64,000 nucleotides of DNA, from NCBI GenBank assembly GCA_951406725.2, contig OX597814.1:154380001-154444000 (forward strand), written 5' to 3'. Source of the stretch: Octopus vulgaris (lineage: Eukaryota). Positions 13,975 to 27,282 of the stretch are shown one piece after another; within the stretch, counting starts at the first letter, position 1, and each line of letters starts with the position of its first letter. The notes below the pieces were generated by a model. It saw only the letters and a list, made by a program, of their open reading frames with translations. It searched no databases and was not told the origin of the DNA. The position numbers were made by a program, and so were the translations under genes.

Positions 13975-14380
13975 TATAGGCGCAAGAGTGGCTGTGTGGT
14001 AAGTAGCTTGCCTACCAACCACATGGTTCCGGGTTCAGTCCCACTGCATGGCACCTTAGGTCAGTGTCTTCTACTATAGCCTCGGGCTGACTAAAGCCTT
14101 GTGAGTGGATTTGGTAGACGGAAACTGAAAGAAGCCCATCGTATATATGTATATATATATATATATGTGTGTGTGTTTGTGTGTCTGTGTTTGTCCCCCA
14201 ACATCACTTGATAATCGATGCTGGTGTGTTTACGTCCCCATAACTTAACAGTTCAGCAAAAGAGACCAATAGAATAAGTACTAGGCTTACAAAGAATAAG
14301 TCTGGGGTCGATTTGCTTGACTAAAGGCGGTGCTCCAGCATGGCCACAGTCAAATGACTGAAACAAGTAAAAGAGTAAGT
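13975..14380 (+). mobile_element. Abundant Octopus tRNA-derived SINE (family A), full length
   Basis: Head ggcgca.gagtggctgtgtggtaagtagcttg..ggttccgggttcagtcccactgc, internal TA/TG tract, tail aaatgactgaaacaagtaaaagag. Confidence 0.9.
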
Positions 14381-14840
14381 GTGTGTATCTATGTGTATAT
14401 GCATACCTGTATGCTTGTATGTAGGTATGTTTTCCTTTGAGATTTATTTAAACTTGCAGAATTGTACCTTGTCATTAACAAAATGACAAAGCATTTTTAT
14501 TTGAGTCTAAAAAGTTCCAGGGATCTGTGACAATGTGACTGAGTTAGTGTGTGCATACATGTGGGTGTATGTGTTGAAATACTTGCACTCATATAATGGG
14601 TCTATATATACTATATTTTTATAGTGTCTTTAATGTCTCATAGCTGTAATTTTCTAATTAGCCATGCCTTTTCTAGGTAATTTTGTATGTATGTATATAT
14701 ATGTATGTGTATGCAAGTATGTATGAATGTATACATATACACATGCATGTATGAATGTATGTATGCATGTATGAATGCATGCATGTAAATTTATATGTAC
14801 ATTTGAGTGTTAAGTACATATGTAAAAATATATAACTCAC

Positions 14841-14981
14841 TTTTTAGCCTCCATAATTTCATAACAATTGAAGTGTCAATCATTCCAACCACTGCATGGA
14901 TAATGATAGCAGCAAGGGCAGCCGCAGGGATGTATTTGACGACAGGAGTAAAAGTTTTCAGAGCCAACAGCACAGCAGAAC
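14841..14981 (-). CDS. SLC26A11: SLC26A11-like exon (GSAVLLALKTFTPVVKYIPAAALAAIIIHAVVGMIDTSIVMKLWRLK)
   Basis: cttcttttacag acceptor, A|gtgagt donor, 141 nt, phase 1 to 1, in phase with exon 47022-47077. Matches TM11-TM12 YIPxxALAAxII...LWR. Confidence 0.93.
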
Positions 14982-15049
14982 CTGTAAAAGAAGTGATATC
15001 ACGAGAAATATTGACTGGTACAAGTTTGGAAAGAAACAACAAAAATACT

Positions 15050-15370
15050 GAGAGAATCATCGTCAGTTGCTTATGACAATCCATTAAAGGTGATGACAGT
15101 GTTGATTCAAGACATTCATCCTCTGCTGCCTCCAGCACATTGTTCCTCATGTGGCTGGATGTGTCTGACATGACTGATATGAGACAGGCAGATCCTGTGG
15201 CATTGAAGGCACTGAAAGTGACCCCAAAGAACAGCTGTAGTGGGGGTTGATTACGATGTCTCCTCCTCTCTTCATGCCGTCTCTTGTGTTAGGTTTCAAA
15301 GTACTCTGCTTCAACATCACATGTGGAATATCCATGTCTTCCAATTGACAGCCAGGAGCTTGAACTAATT
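15050..15370 (-). mobile_element. RTE-like LINE 3' end with a decayed terminal C2H2 motif
   Basis: The minus frame gives FQCLQCHRICLSHISHVRHIQPH, similar to the CxxCxRxCxSRIGLxSH end of RTE ORFs. Confidence 0.55.
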
Positions 15371-17869
15371 GAAAGGAACACTACATAAAATGAGAGACCA
15401 CTTGAGATGATCATAAAAATGAAATTTTGGATGTTTATGAGACCTATTTCTAGTTTCAATCTCACTGAAGCGAACCATGTTTGGGAACCATTTAGCTGGA
15501 ATCCAAATCACTTGGCCAACCCAGCAGAGAAGACATATCACAGTACATTATCTTGACATATGATAGAATGTAAACTGAAGCTGGCTTTTGACTCACAGAG
15601 TGTAATGGGTACTGGCATGGCTGTGTGGTTAATAACTTCCTTTGTGCAGTTACATGATTTTGAGTTTGATCTCAAGGTATAGCATCTTGGGCAAGTGCCT
15701 TCTCCCATAACCTTAAGTGGGTCAAAATCTTGTGAGTGAAATTTGGTGGACAAAAAACTGTGTGGAAGTCCAATGAAGTAAGTGCTCCCATTCTTGGGCG
15801 ATAGATTTAATCTGCCACTTGGATTGTACAACAACCAACATCAACACTGCTGTTGCCTCAGCTCACTCATCTCCCTTAACAAACTGTCTAATGTTTTATA
15901 TATTCGTTTGTTCACCACCCTTAAGAAAAATCGTAAGAAAAAGGTACATGGCTAAAAATTGTTGGGTGGGGAGAATGGTTGGTTGAATTAACCTATATCA
16001 CAAAAAGGTGAAGGATATAAAGCAAAGCCAACCCTGGCTAAGTTTGACCTCATGTATTCTGATGTTACAGAATATAGAGTTGATACCTCGTTTGGTAACA
16101 AAATAAATTTTAAAAAACTGAAATAAAGTAACTGAATAAGCAAATAAACAACACACAAAAATGTAACATAAAAAAAAAGACAAAATAGAAAGCAACAGTG
16201 TTTTTAATGACAAAGATGTTTGGATAAATGGACAAATGAAGAAATCAATGTAGAAGAATTCAGATCACTTTGGATATTGTTATTGTTTAGCCAGGAACAA
16301 AACACAAAATCAAATGGACATAAATGACCAAAGGTATTCCCATCCAATTTATTTTTGGTGTCTACAGTATCAAATAGATTCTTCAACTTTTCATACAAAA
16401 TAGTGTAACATGAATTACAGAAGAATGTGGATGCTATTTCTAAGAAGTTGAATGACCATGTAGAGGCTCCTTTATCAGATCATACTGGTTTAGACAAGAT
16501 AGGTGCAGTTAGAAAACAGGATGTGGTTGCAGCTTTCTGTTAACAAAAACAATTTATGTAGTTCCTTATTTAGAGATTTTCTAACTTAATTTTGGAATAC
16601 TCAATATAAAAAGAACCTGAAATTAAAAGCCAAAAAATCTACACACACCTTGCAATACACAATGTTATATGTGACTATGTACACATGTAAGAATATGTAC
16701 ATATACTGGTGTATATGTATACATGTGTGTGTGTATGTGTGTGTGTGCGTGCATTTGTGTCTGCATGTGAAGTAATGTTATCCTTATATTTTAAATAAAC
16801 ATCTTTCTTGACATGAAGTGTCAAAGAAAGGTTATATTGTGGAGAGAATTGAACTTTGTCAAAAGTATAAATAAAAAGTAAAATTTTAAGGGGAAAAATG
16901 GAAAATTGAAATACATAATGTTGATGACCATGATGATGATGATTATAGGCCAAAAATAGTTGGTTGCTGTTATGATGTTGCTGATGATGAAGGCAACATC
17001 CTCTTTAATCACTTGGTAAAGAATGTGCGCAGTTCAACATCCAAAAGAATACATACTCACATCGCACACCCACACATATATATATATACACACACACACA
17101 TATACAGAATTATTTATTTAGTCTGTTAAAGTGGTTTGCTACTCTGGATTACTTTAAATAAACTATTACACTCTGTTATAATATTGAGTACTTTTTCTCT
17201 GATTGGTTAAAATCAACAAATGTGTGTGTGTGTGTGTGTGTTTGTGACTGTCTGTCTGCTTGTGTGTATAAATAATGACACACACACGCACATATATATA
17301 TGAAATTATCCACATAATTATAATTAGGGTTCAGTTAACTGCTTCACCACATACCGAAATTAGAAAAAGGAGTCAAAAATTCCTTCTCTACTACTATAAG
17401 AATAATGTACCGATCTATAAAGGTTATTTTAATGTACCGATCTACTTGGTAAAATTGTAAATTAATTGATTAATTAATTAATTAATTTAATTAATAAATT
17501 TTACCCTTCTATTATTAATTTATATATATATATATATTTTTATGTAAGAGTTAGAGGTTGGGAAGCTAACCAACTAAGGGATAATACCTATCTAATATAC
17601 TGCTGGTAGTGTGCCCAGTTATTAATACCCAAGAGCTGGTTATTATGAAATTATCCACATAATTATAATTAGGGTTCAGTAAAAAGTGGTTGACCTTTAA
17701 TTTATACGGCAAAAAGAAAATGGAGGAGATACAAGAATGACATACATCAGCCAGCAGACATTCTATTATATCTATTTATTCCGATCTATAAAGGTTATTT
17801 TAATGTACCGATCTACTTGGTAAAATTGTAAATTAATTGATTAACTCTCTGTGTTTCTTTTCTGTGTAT

Positions 17870-17905
17870 CTTTCTGTTGAAGAGCGTAGGCTCAAAACGT
17901 AAAAG
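17870..17905 (+). ncRNA. Degenerate hammerhead-like motif (CUGUUGA variant)
   Basis: CUUU-CUGUUGA-A-GAGC(GUAG)GCUC-AAAACGUA^AAAG. Related minus-strand copies at 3388-3423 and 6922-6956. Confidence 0.45.
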
Positions 17906-18783
17906 ACTTGTCTTATTTATATTCCTGAGCGCCATACTAATACAATTGTTTGTTTGTATTCCCCGTTATATATATAGATAGATATAGGCGCATCAGCCAG
18001 CAGCTTGCTAACCAACCACATTCTATTGTGCATCTATTTATTACCTTGTGAGTGGATTTGGTAGACGGAAACTGAAAAAAGGAGTATTATAAGAATACAT
18101 GCTGGTGTGTTTATTTACACTTATGCAAAAAAAGACGATAGAATAAGTACTGGGCTACACAAAGAATATACTAGTAATACATAAAAGAGTAAAGGATTAA
18201 AAGATATATATACAAGCATAAAAAATATATATATAAAAATGCACTTCATCATCATAATCCTCATCTACTTTGAGCTTCATGTCTGCATAGGCACCACTGG
18301 TTGTTTATATGTGCATGTTTGTTTAGGTGTATGTGAGTATGTGTGTGTGTGTATACGTTTGTGTGAGTAATGATATATGAGAATATTTTGAGGAAAAGAC
18401 ACACTGCTGAGGATCCAATCAAATCTGTTGCAAGAATAAATGAAAAATTTACAAGGCAAATAAAGTAAGATATATAATGCTGAGAATCAATCATAATTAT
18501 AGCAAAGTCTATTGCTTGTGGTCATGATATTGCTGATGATATAGAGGCAATGACCTCATTAATATCTCAGAGGAAGAATGCTTGTGGTTCAATTTTGGGA
18601 AAACAATATACACAAGCATGTGCATGCGTGCACACACACACACACACAATATGTTGCTTTGAAATAAGAAATTTTCTGATTTTTATCCTGTAGCATTTAA
18701 ACTGGTCATATCTGGCCCAAATATTCTACCTTGTTTTATGCTGGAACTGGCCAGATCCAGCCTCTCACACCTTCTCTATAATA

Positions 18784-19344
18784 TCTCTATATCTATAAAC
18801 TGCAAAATGTCTGTGTATCTGTGTGTCCTTTATACAAATCCACAGTTTTTCACGTAAAAGGCTCGCATTTCCTATGGGCTTTCACAACTGTCTGAGGGTG
18901 GTCATGAAGATCTTTTCATTTCCTCAGTCACCCCAGAAAGCCATTAAAAAAAATTGATAAACTGACCCCTTATGCCCATAAGTTATGGGCATATCCATTC
19001 AAAATCGCTAAAACATAGAAATTTGTACATGGTACATGCGTACAGCTAGATACGCCAATAGACTGCCAGCTGTTTTTTGATTGGACGGAGATAATTTTAC
19101 CCATGACAGTTGAATACGTGTGTGCATTTGCAGACAGTTTGTATGACACAGCACATTTTTGTGTTTTGGGAAGACGCATTATCATGTGTTTTGGCTTTCA
19201 AATGTTCACGCTTTTTTGGATTTGAGAAATGCAGGGAATAATTAATGAGTTAGACCAAGTGAATGACAAGAGAGCAGGATTTTCATGAAAGACCAAATAT
19301 GCTTGACTAGCACTAGACCCGGCAACGCCGGGTCATAGTGCTAG
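18784..19344 (+). mobile_element. Non-autonomous Helitron
   Basis: 5' TC after A, 3' hairpin gacccggcaacgccgggtc then CTAG before T. Interrupts a piggyBac-like MITE that reads through once it is removed. Confidence 0.85.
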
Positions 19345-19552
19345 TCATTTTAAAAATAAACAATCACATCATCAAAACCTCAAAGCTATGAGATCATGCA
19401 CGGTTAATTCAAAACAATGTGTATCGATAAGTGTTGCATTTGGCAGAGTAATCTGATTGCTAAATAGTTAAATACCTATATCGTCGACATCTTCATTGTT
19501 CTAATGTCCACTTTTCTGTGTTTGCATGTGTTGACCAGACTGCCTTGAGACA

Positions 19553-19730
19553 AACGGATTAAGTTGATTACATCGACCCCAGTGCGTAACTGGTACTTAA
19601 TTTATCGACCCCGAAAGGATGAAAGGCAAAGTCAACCTCGGCGGAATTTGAACTCAGAAAGTAACAGCAGACGAAATATGGCTACGCATTTCACCCGGCA
19701 TGCTAACGGTTCTGCCAGCTCACTGCCTCT
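19553..19730 (-). mobile_element. Nin-domain-type tRNA SINE (family B; copies also ~27880-28105, 28420-28545, 29040-29255, 41020-41450, 46500-46915, 56345-56540, 59020-59185, 63615-64000)
   Basis: Head aggcagtgagctggcagaa..gagttcaaattccgccgagg plus core tttgcctttcatcctttcggggtcgataaattaagtaccag. Confidence 0.85.
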
Positions 19731-19740
19731 AATCAGGAGC

Positions 19741-19812
19741 CTCACCGGCGGGGATTCAAACCCTGGTCTCCCATGTGACAGGCAGGAATACTTACCACTA
19801 TACTACTGAGGA
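19741..19812 (-). pseudogene. tRNA-Asp(GTC) pseudogene
   Basis: TCCTCAGTAGTATAGTGGTAAGTATTCCTGCCTGTCACATGGGAGACCAGGGTTTGAATCCCCGCCGGTGAG (72 nt) follows the metazoan tRNA-Asp consensus. Mismatches in the acceptor and anticodon stems, and GTTTGA in place of the B box. Confidence 0.85.
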
Positions 19813-20039
19813 GTACATAGAGTTAAATACCTATATGTCATCATCAGCATCCTCATTGTTCTAATGTTCACTTTTCTGTGTTTGCATGTGTTGACCAAAC
19901 TTCCTTGAGACAGATCTTCTATGACTGAATGTCCAAGCTGCCACCAACGCTCACCTTTTTCCTGGCATTGTAACATTTACTGCAAATGAATGACATTGCA
20001 TATATGCCAATGATACTTGTTTACAACTATTGTATCAAT

Positions 20040-20420
20040 GTGCGCAGGAGTGGCTGTGTGGTAAGTAGCTTGCTTACCAGCCACATGGTTCCGGGTTCAG
20101 CCCCACTGCGAGGCACCTTGAGCAAGTGTCTTCTACTATAGCCTTGGGCCGACCAAAGCCTTGTGAGTAGATTTGGTAGATGGAAACTGAAAGAAGCCGT
20201 ATATATATGTATATGTATATGTATATATGTGTGTGTATATATGTTTGTCCCCCCAACATCTCTTGACAACTGATGCTAGTGAGTTTACATCCCCGTAACT
20301 TAGCAGTTCGGCAAAAAGAGACCGATAGAATAAGTACTAGGCTAACAAAGAATAAGTCCTGGGGTCGATTTGCTCAAAGGCCGCAGTCAAATGACTGAAA
20401 CAAGTAAAAGAGTTAAGAGT
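20040..20420 (+). mobile_element. Family A SINE
   Basis: Same head, body and tail as 13975-14380. Confidence 0.9.
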
Positions 20421-20655
20421 AATGTCAAAATGAAATGCGTGTACTTCTTGATTTTCTGGAATGTGGTTGTACTGTGAATAGCATACATGCAGACACACAC
20501 ACATGTAGAATGGAGAAAGAGCTTTAGTTCTATCTTTATGAAGACATTACAATTTATCTAGTGATAATGTCATAGTACAATGTAACTTGTATACTCTGCA
20601 AAGTGGTTGACGGTAGGAGGTGCATCCAACAGGACAAAATAAATGCATGGACAAG

Positions 20656-20721
<66 letters not shown>

Positions 20722-21497
20722 GAGGGAATATTATTCCAAACTTACAGGGAAAAATTCAATTTAGAAATACTAAATCAAATTTCACAAAATATAATATATA
20801 TATAAATTAGAAAAAATTGACCTGAGGCTATAGTAGAAGACACTTGCCCAAGGTGCCACACAATAGGACTGAACCTGAAATCATGTGTTTGGAAAGCAAA
20901 CTTCTTACCCCATAGCCACACCTGCACCTATATATATATATATATATATATAGGTGGGTGTGTGTGTGTGGGTGTATACACACACACACTCATATAGATA
21001 GTGCCTCTTTTATATTATGTAGTAAACATTGACTAAAGACAAAATATTTTGAGTATATAATTTATTTTAGCTGGAACATGTCTGTGAGTGTGTATGTATT
21101 TATATTTACCTAGTCTCAGAAACACACACACATGTATATATTTGTTTATGTGTACATAATCATGTATGCACAAAGTTATCAGAGAATATTTTGTTTTTCT
21201 TACATTTCATATAAACATCCTTCTTGACACAAAGAGCTGCAAAGAGGTTATGTTATGGACCTAACCAAATTTAATACCATCTACCTCAAAAGAAAAAAAG
21301 AAAAAGATCGTAAAACATACAAACCAAACACCGAAAAATATGATATTAATGATCAATGATGATTACAGGCAAAAAAGAGCTGGTTGTGATTATGATGCTG
21401 CTGATAACAAAGTTAACATCCTCTAAATAATTCACAGAAACAATGTCTGCAATTCAGTTTTCAAATGGATACATATATATCTTCCTATAAGACCACC

Positions 21498-21534
<37 letters not shown>

Positions 21535-22705
21535 TATAGTAGCTATAGCAACCTCACATCACTACCATTGTCATCATGAATTTTATGTCCATTTTTCCAT
21601 ACTAGCATAGGTTTGATGAGTTACCACAGACTGAGTCTGTTCTTATTCAGAATTACTGCCCTTTTAATCTGATTGTAGATCTTATTAACCTTTCATGTCT
21701 ATTTTTATGGCATTTTTTTTATATAGCTAGTTGCCCTTCTTATCATCAGCTGTTTTACAGAATACACTAGATGCCTTTTATCATAGCACTGGCACCTACT
21801 GAGCAGTGCAAACCACATCAGTATGGGAAACAGATGTAAAGTGATGATATGTGAATATCATATTATTTTTGACATCCATTCTTTCCAATGTAGACTGCTG
21901 AGGCAAATTTTCTACAGTTGGATGCTCTTTCTGCTGACAACCCTCAGCTGTTTCCAAGCAAGACAAGACCTGTTTTTATGGAAGATTGGAAATGAACTAC
22001 ACTGCTTACAGAACAGTGACACTTATTTACAACTATGATGATGCCAAGGCCAGGAGACACAAATATACACATACTTTCACTCATATATACATGTCTGTCT
22101 GTTGTCCGTCAGTATATCTGTCTATATATACACATACGCACACTTAAATGCTTCTTTCAGTTTCCATCTACCAAACCCAATTACAAGACTTTGGTTGGCC
22201 AGGAGTGGTGTAGGAGAAACACTTGCCTGAGGTTCTGTACATGGGGATTGAACCCAAAACCATGTGGCTGGTAAGTGGACCTAAAACCACACAGCCATGC
22301 CTACACCAATGCATATATTTGTAACTATACATACACACACACACGCGTGGTTTATGCAAATCATATTAATGTATTCATGTGGGTAGCAGGCACGTTATTC
22401 AATTGAAAAACAATAGTGTTAACAAAAGCAAAAACAAAACAAAAATTAAAATCTATTAGAACAAGCTGCCATTATTATTATTATTATCATTATTATTATT
22501 ATTATTATTATTGTACCAATTACCTTCTTGTGAATGTCAAGATCTTTAGTAAATATAGTTGTAAATGTCTGATGTCAACCTAGATAGAAATCTGTGATGA
22601 CCTCAACAGAATTCCATGATCAATATGGAATTGGTTGAGGCGGTGACTAATGAAGAAAGCATAGCCCCTCTAACTCTATTGTTAATCCAATAATACAAAT
22701 ATATC

Positions 22706-22708
<3 letters not shown>

Positions 22709-22772
<64 letters not shown>
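22709..22772. repeat. (AG)n microsatellite
   Basis: Direct inspection. Confidence 0.95.
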
Positions 22773-22773
<1 letters not shown>

Positions 22774-24369
22774 AGCAGCAGCAGTAGCTGCAGGCCAACA
22801 AATCAAACATTTTGGCTAGCCACCCATTCCCTGAACCAGCTATCCGATAGTCCTACCATGCTGATAGTCAACCAAATTATCACCCAGTAAACTATTCACA
22901 TAATCCATCAACCGTATACACAATATGCTGACTAAACCATTCAACTAACAAAACAATTACACATATGCCGTTGTCTGAAGTGAATGAAGCTTTCTGCTTT
23001 TGCAGATGTTAACAGGATATGTTCCGTAGTCTAACAGCATATGATGGCAGCAACAGAATCGCTTTTACATTTGTTCACTTGATCAATTATTGTTGCGAAC
23101 CTAGCAATTTACTCAACATTCATTTATCTCTCAACTGCTCCATATGGGGAAAATTTTAAAAATGTCTTTGGTGAGAAACAACTCCGCTAAGTCTCATATT
23201 AATAATATCTTAGGTGACAATTAGGAAACATACTTGAAAGTTCCAATGTAATGGATCAAGACCATTATTAGAAATGTCCCTGAAAGCCAGATGCAAGACT
23301 TAGTTCACAAAGCAAAGAAACATGTGGAAATTATGTGATAGAGGTGTAGGGAATTAATAAAATGAATTAAATAAAAGCAGTAATAAAATTCCTTGTATTT
23401 AAATGATGTACTTACAAGAGATAGTGAAGTGGGCAGTGATAGAATCATGGTTCCAGAATCTATGATTGCCAACATGAGAACCTCAATGTGGTTGCTTGAT
23501 CTGCTCAAAAAAAACAGCCAAGTCTAGCTCAAATCACACTTAACTATCTTCAATAAAGATATGATTCATTAGTTAGTGTATAAATAACCCTAAAAATGTT
23601 GACTTGGGGCTATACAACAAATAGTTTCTATGATTGTTTTAGAATACAGTCCCATCCAACTTTGGAACCATATTGCTGCTTGTTAATGTATTTTGGAAAA
23701 TAAATAAGTTCCACTGTGTGGCACCTTGAGCAAGTGTCTTCTACTTTAGTCTTGGGCTAACCAAAGTGTTGGGAGCAGATATGGAAGACAGAAACTGAAA
23801 AGAAGCCCATCACATATATATATATATATAATGTTTTTTTTCTGTCTTTGTGTTTGTCCCCCACTACTGCTTGACAACCACTGTTGGTTTGTTTACATCC
23901 TAGGAACTTGGTGCCTTGGCAAATGAGACTGATAGAATAAGTACCAGGCTTAAAAATAAGTACCGGCAGTGCCCCAGCGTGGCTGCAGTCCAATGACTGA
24001 AACAAGTAAAAGATAAAAGATACATACTCAACACAAATATTTTTTAAGAGTTTGGAATGGAATTGTCTCAAAGAAGCATTTGGAAAGAGTGTAAAATATA
24101 CATAGTACCTAAAGGCTGTGGTGGAGTTAACATAGACAGTAAAGAAGAGATAAGCTTATACATTTACTATTTACTTTTGTCCCTCACAAAACAGAGTTCA
24201 AAGTCCAATCTTTTTTGTAACTCACTGAGAATGGATTGTCAGAATTTTTTAAATGCTGGAGGACGTGTTTTACCATTTATGACTCATGTTTTAAGCTTAA
24301 ATTCTACCAAGATCAACCTTGTTTTTCATCCTCCCAGGGATGTAAAGTACCAGTCATATATTGGGATTC

Positions 24370-24598
24370 AATCCTTTAGCATTTAAGATTACTCTGTCAA
24401 GTGTAATGCTTATCTATTCACACTGTTTTGAATTAGTCATCCATTCTCTTGTAGCTTTGAAATTTTGATGATGTGATTGTATATTTTTAGAATGACATTG
24501 TAGGCTAGGTGCGAGAGGCTAGACCTGGTCAGGCCTCTCACTAAAACAATTTGGAAAATATAGGGCACATATAGCTGGTTTAAATGCTAAAGTGTTAA
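24370..24598. mobile_element. piggyBac-like MITE family (other copies ~18683-19471, 39778-40007, 40010-40162, 54960-55369)
   Basis: Termini resemble TTAA-ccctttagcatt ... aatgctaaaggg-TTAA, with a shared internal ctctcacac..cctacaat..cattctaaaaataaacaatcacatcat body. Confidence 0.65.
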
Positions 24599-25738
24599 TG
24601 TAATATTACTATAGAGTCTCCTATATGTGAATGGGATTATGATACAAGATAAAAAAACTCTCAAGGTCAATGATATAAACATTGAGAATATACTGGTTGG
24701 GTTGATTCAGTCGACTGGCCCTTTTCCTCCAAAATTTATGCCAATTCAGAAAAATATCCCTATGTCTATCATGAGTATTAAAAAGAAAAAACAAAAAATT
24801 ATGGTTACTACTTTGGGGATAATTATAAAAATATCACAAAATAGCAATGGGTTATCAGAAACCTGGTTTTGATTCACATAGGTACTTGAAATATTAAGCA
24901 GGATGTATATAAGGAAGGAAAAACTTTATTGTATTCATTTCCTTTTGGATACTATTAAACATAACATTTCACCACAAAAATAAATAAATAAAAATAATAA
25001 AATATATATACATGGAAATAGATAAAATGAAAGGAAATGGGTAAAACCAGGGATGTGTTTTAACTGAGAAGAGATACTTAAGACACATTGATGTTCCTTG
25101 TTTCAAGTAGATATCATGATAAAAGAAAACGAATATTTAACTCAAAATTAAATTAGAATTAGTTTTTTATCTGCTTTCCTTTCTTTATTTCTTAACAGAC
25201 TTCTTTTGGAAGATTATTTTAGATTAACCTTACACTGAGAACAATTCTCTAAGCTGGCATGTTCCTTTAATTAAATACTAATTCTAACAACTTTAGAGCC
25301 TCTTTACTACAAATTTAATTATAACCGTTTTTCAGCTGGTTTTCTTATTCTAGAAGAGCAAGGCTTTTACAGGCTCTACCCCCATTCTCTAATAACTAAC
25401 TGGTTGTGCCAAATCTGGAACGAGCAGACAAGGAACTCTTTTTTTATTTTTCTCCTTTCGCTTCCTGTTTGTTTCACCCCACCCTTCACTAATCTTACCC
25501 CCTTCCCTTATGTCTACCTATTGCAAAGGGAGGGGTATAACGAGAAGATATATATATATACATATATATGTATGCATGCACGTGCGCGTGTGTGTGTATG
25601 TGTATAAACATATGTATGTCTATACATATGTATGTGTAAATGTGCAGATATGTATATGTGTATGTGTGTACGTGTGCATATGTGTAAGTACATATTTACA
25701 TGTGTATGTGTGAGCATGTAAATATGTATGTATATATG

Positions 25739-25782
<44 letters not shown>

Positions 25783-27069
25783 AATATATATTTATAAATA
25801 TATATATATATGTGTGTGTGTGTGTGCGTGTGTGTGTGTGTATACATTTATACATACACACACATAGATATATTCATAGATGTGTATACACATATATATA
25901 AAGGTCAGTTATAAGGTCTTTATAACTATTAGATTGCAATATCCCAGAATTCCATGTTATTACAGTTCTCAGCCTAATCCAAAATACAGCAACCAAGCTG
26001 TTGATTCCTTTAGCAGCTGTTTTCTCTCAGCAGTAAATTTATCTACAATGCTTTGATTTAGAGAGCTGCTTGATTTAACCCTTCCATATTCAATGAAAAT
26101 GATTGAAAGAAATATCTAATATATCTTAGATTTCTTTTTGTTTTTATATTATTTTCCATAATTGTTATTTGCCATTGTAGAATGTCTTGGATGGGTTAAC
26201 AGATTTGGATATTAACAGAATCTGTTGCTAGTTAGCTTTAGGTTAACTGTAATTGAAGAAACCTATGGTTAAAGACATTCCAGCATTGAAAGAAATCCAT
26301 ATAACTAGGACAACATTATTCTATGATAGGAAGTAGGTTTAGTTGCTATTTCTTGCAGATTAACAAACCTCATAAAGATTAGCTTGTGGTAGGATCTGTT
26401 TAGAGCACAGTGAGTTCATCATGAAATTATTAATGATAATGGTATCTATTTTTAGTTGTGTGGGCTAATGTGCTTAACTAGGGAGCAAAAAGAACTCTTA
26501 ATCTATTAAAATTTCATATAATCTCTAAAATGCTAGGTTAGTTTATACGCCGCAACTGCCATTTAATGCCCCTTTTCCATGCTGGCATGAGTTGGACAGT
26601 TTGACAGGAGCTGGCAAGCCAGAGGACTGCACCAAGCTCCACTGTCTATTTTGGCATGATTTTTATGGCCAGATGCCCTTCCTAATGCCAACCCCTTTTC
26701 TAGATGAACTGGGTGTTTTACACATGGCACCAGCTTTGGCAAGGTTTGTTTTGGCATGGTTTTTACGTCTGGATGCCCTTCCCAATGCCAACCACTTTAC
26801 AGAGAGGACTGGGTGCTTTTTACATGGTACCGACACCAGCACCAGTGAGGTGGCACCAGCACTGGCAAGAACTATGTTCAGCTGAGTGAAGTTACCAAAC
26901 AGTTTCATATAAGATCAGGCTTCCCTAAGTAAAAAGCATGACCAAACAATTGTCAGATATGATTGAGTGATTAACTAGTAAAGTATATCCCGAACTAATT
27001 TTACTAATATATTTAAATCATGCCTATACTCTATATTGAGTGCATTCTTTTAAAAACTAAACAGAAATA

Positions 27070-27229
27070 TAGGCGTAGGAGTGGCTGTGTGGTAAGTAGC
27101 TTGCTTACCAACCACATGGTCCTGGGTTCAGTCCTACTGCATGGCACCTTGGGCAAGTGTCTTCTACTATAGCCTCGGGCCGACCAAAGCCTTGTGAGTG
27201 GATTTGGTAGATGGAAACTGAAAGAAGCT

Positions 27230-27282
<53 letters not shown>

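Noticed and set aside
14791-15171. Full 126-aa ORF as a gene
   Set aside because: Only 14841-14981 is bounded by splice sites and SLC26-like. The N-terminal part is intron and LINE relic.
20027-20269. Recurrent ORFs ending in EPCGW or GTMWLVSKLLTTQP
   Set aside because: Translations of family A SINE copies, not a protein family.
26050-26130. Minus-strand FIEYG resembling the next SLC26A11 exon
   Set aside because: Wrong order relative to exon 14841-14981, no flanking similarity and no convincing splice sites.
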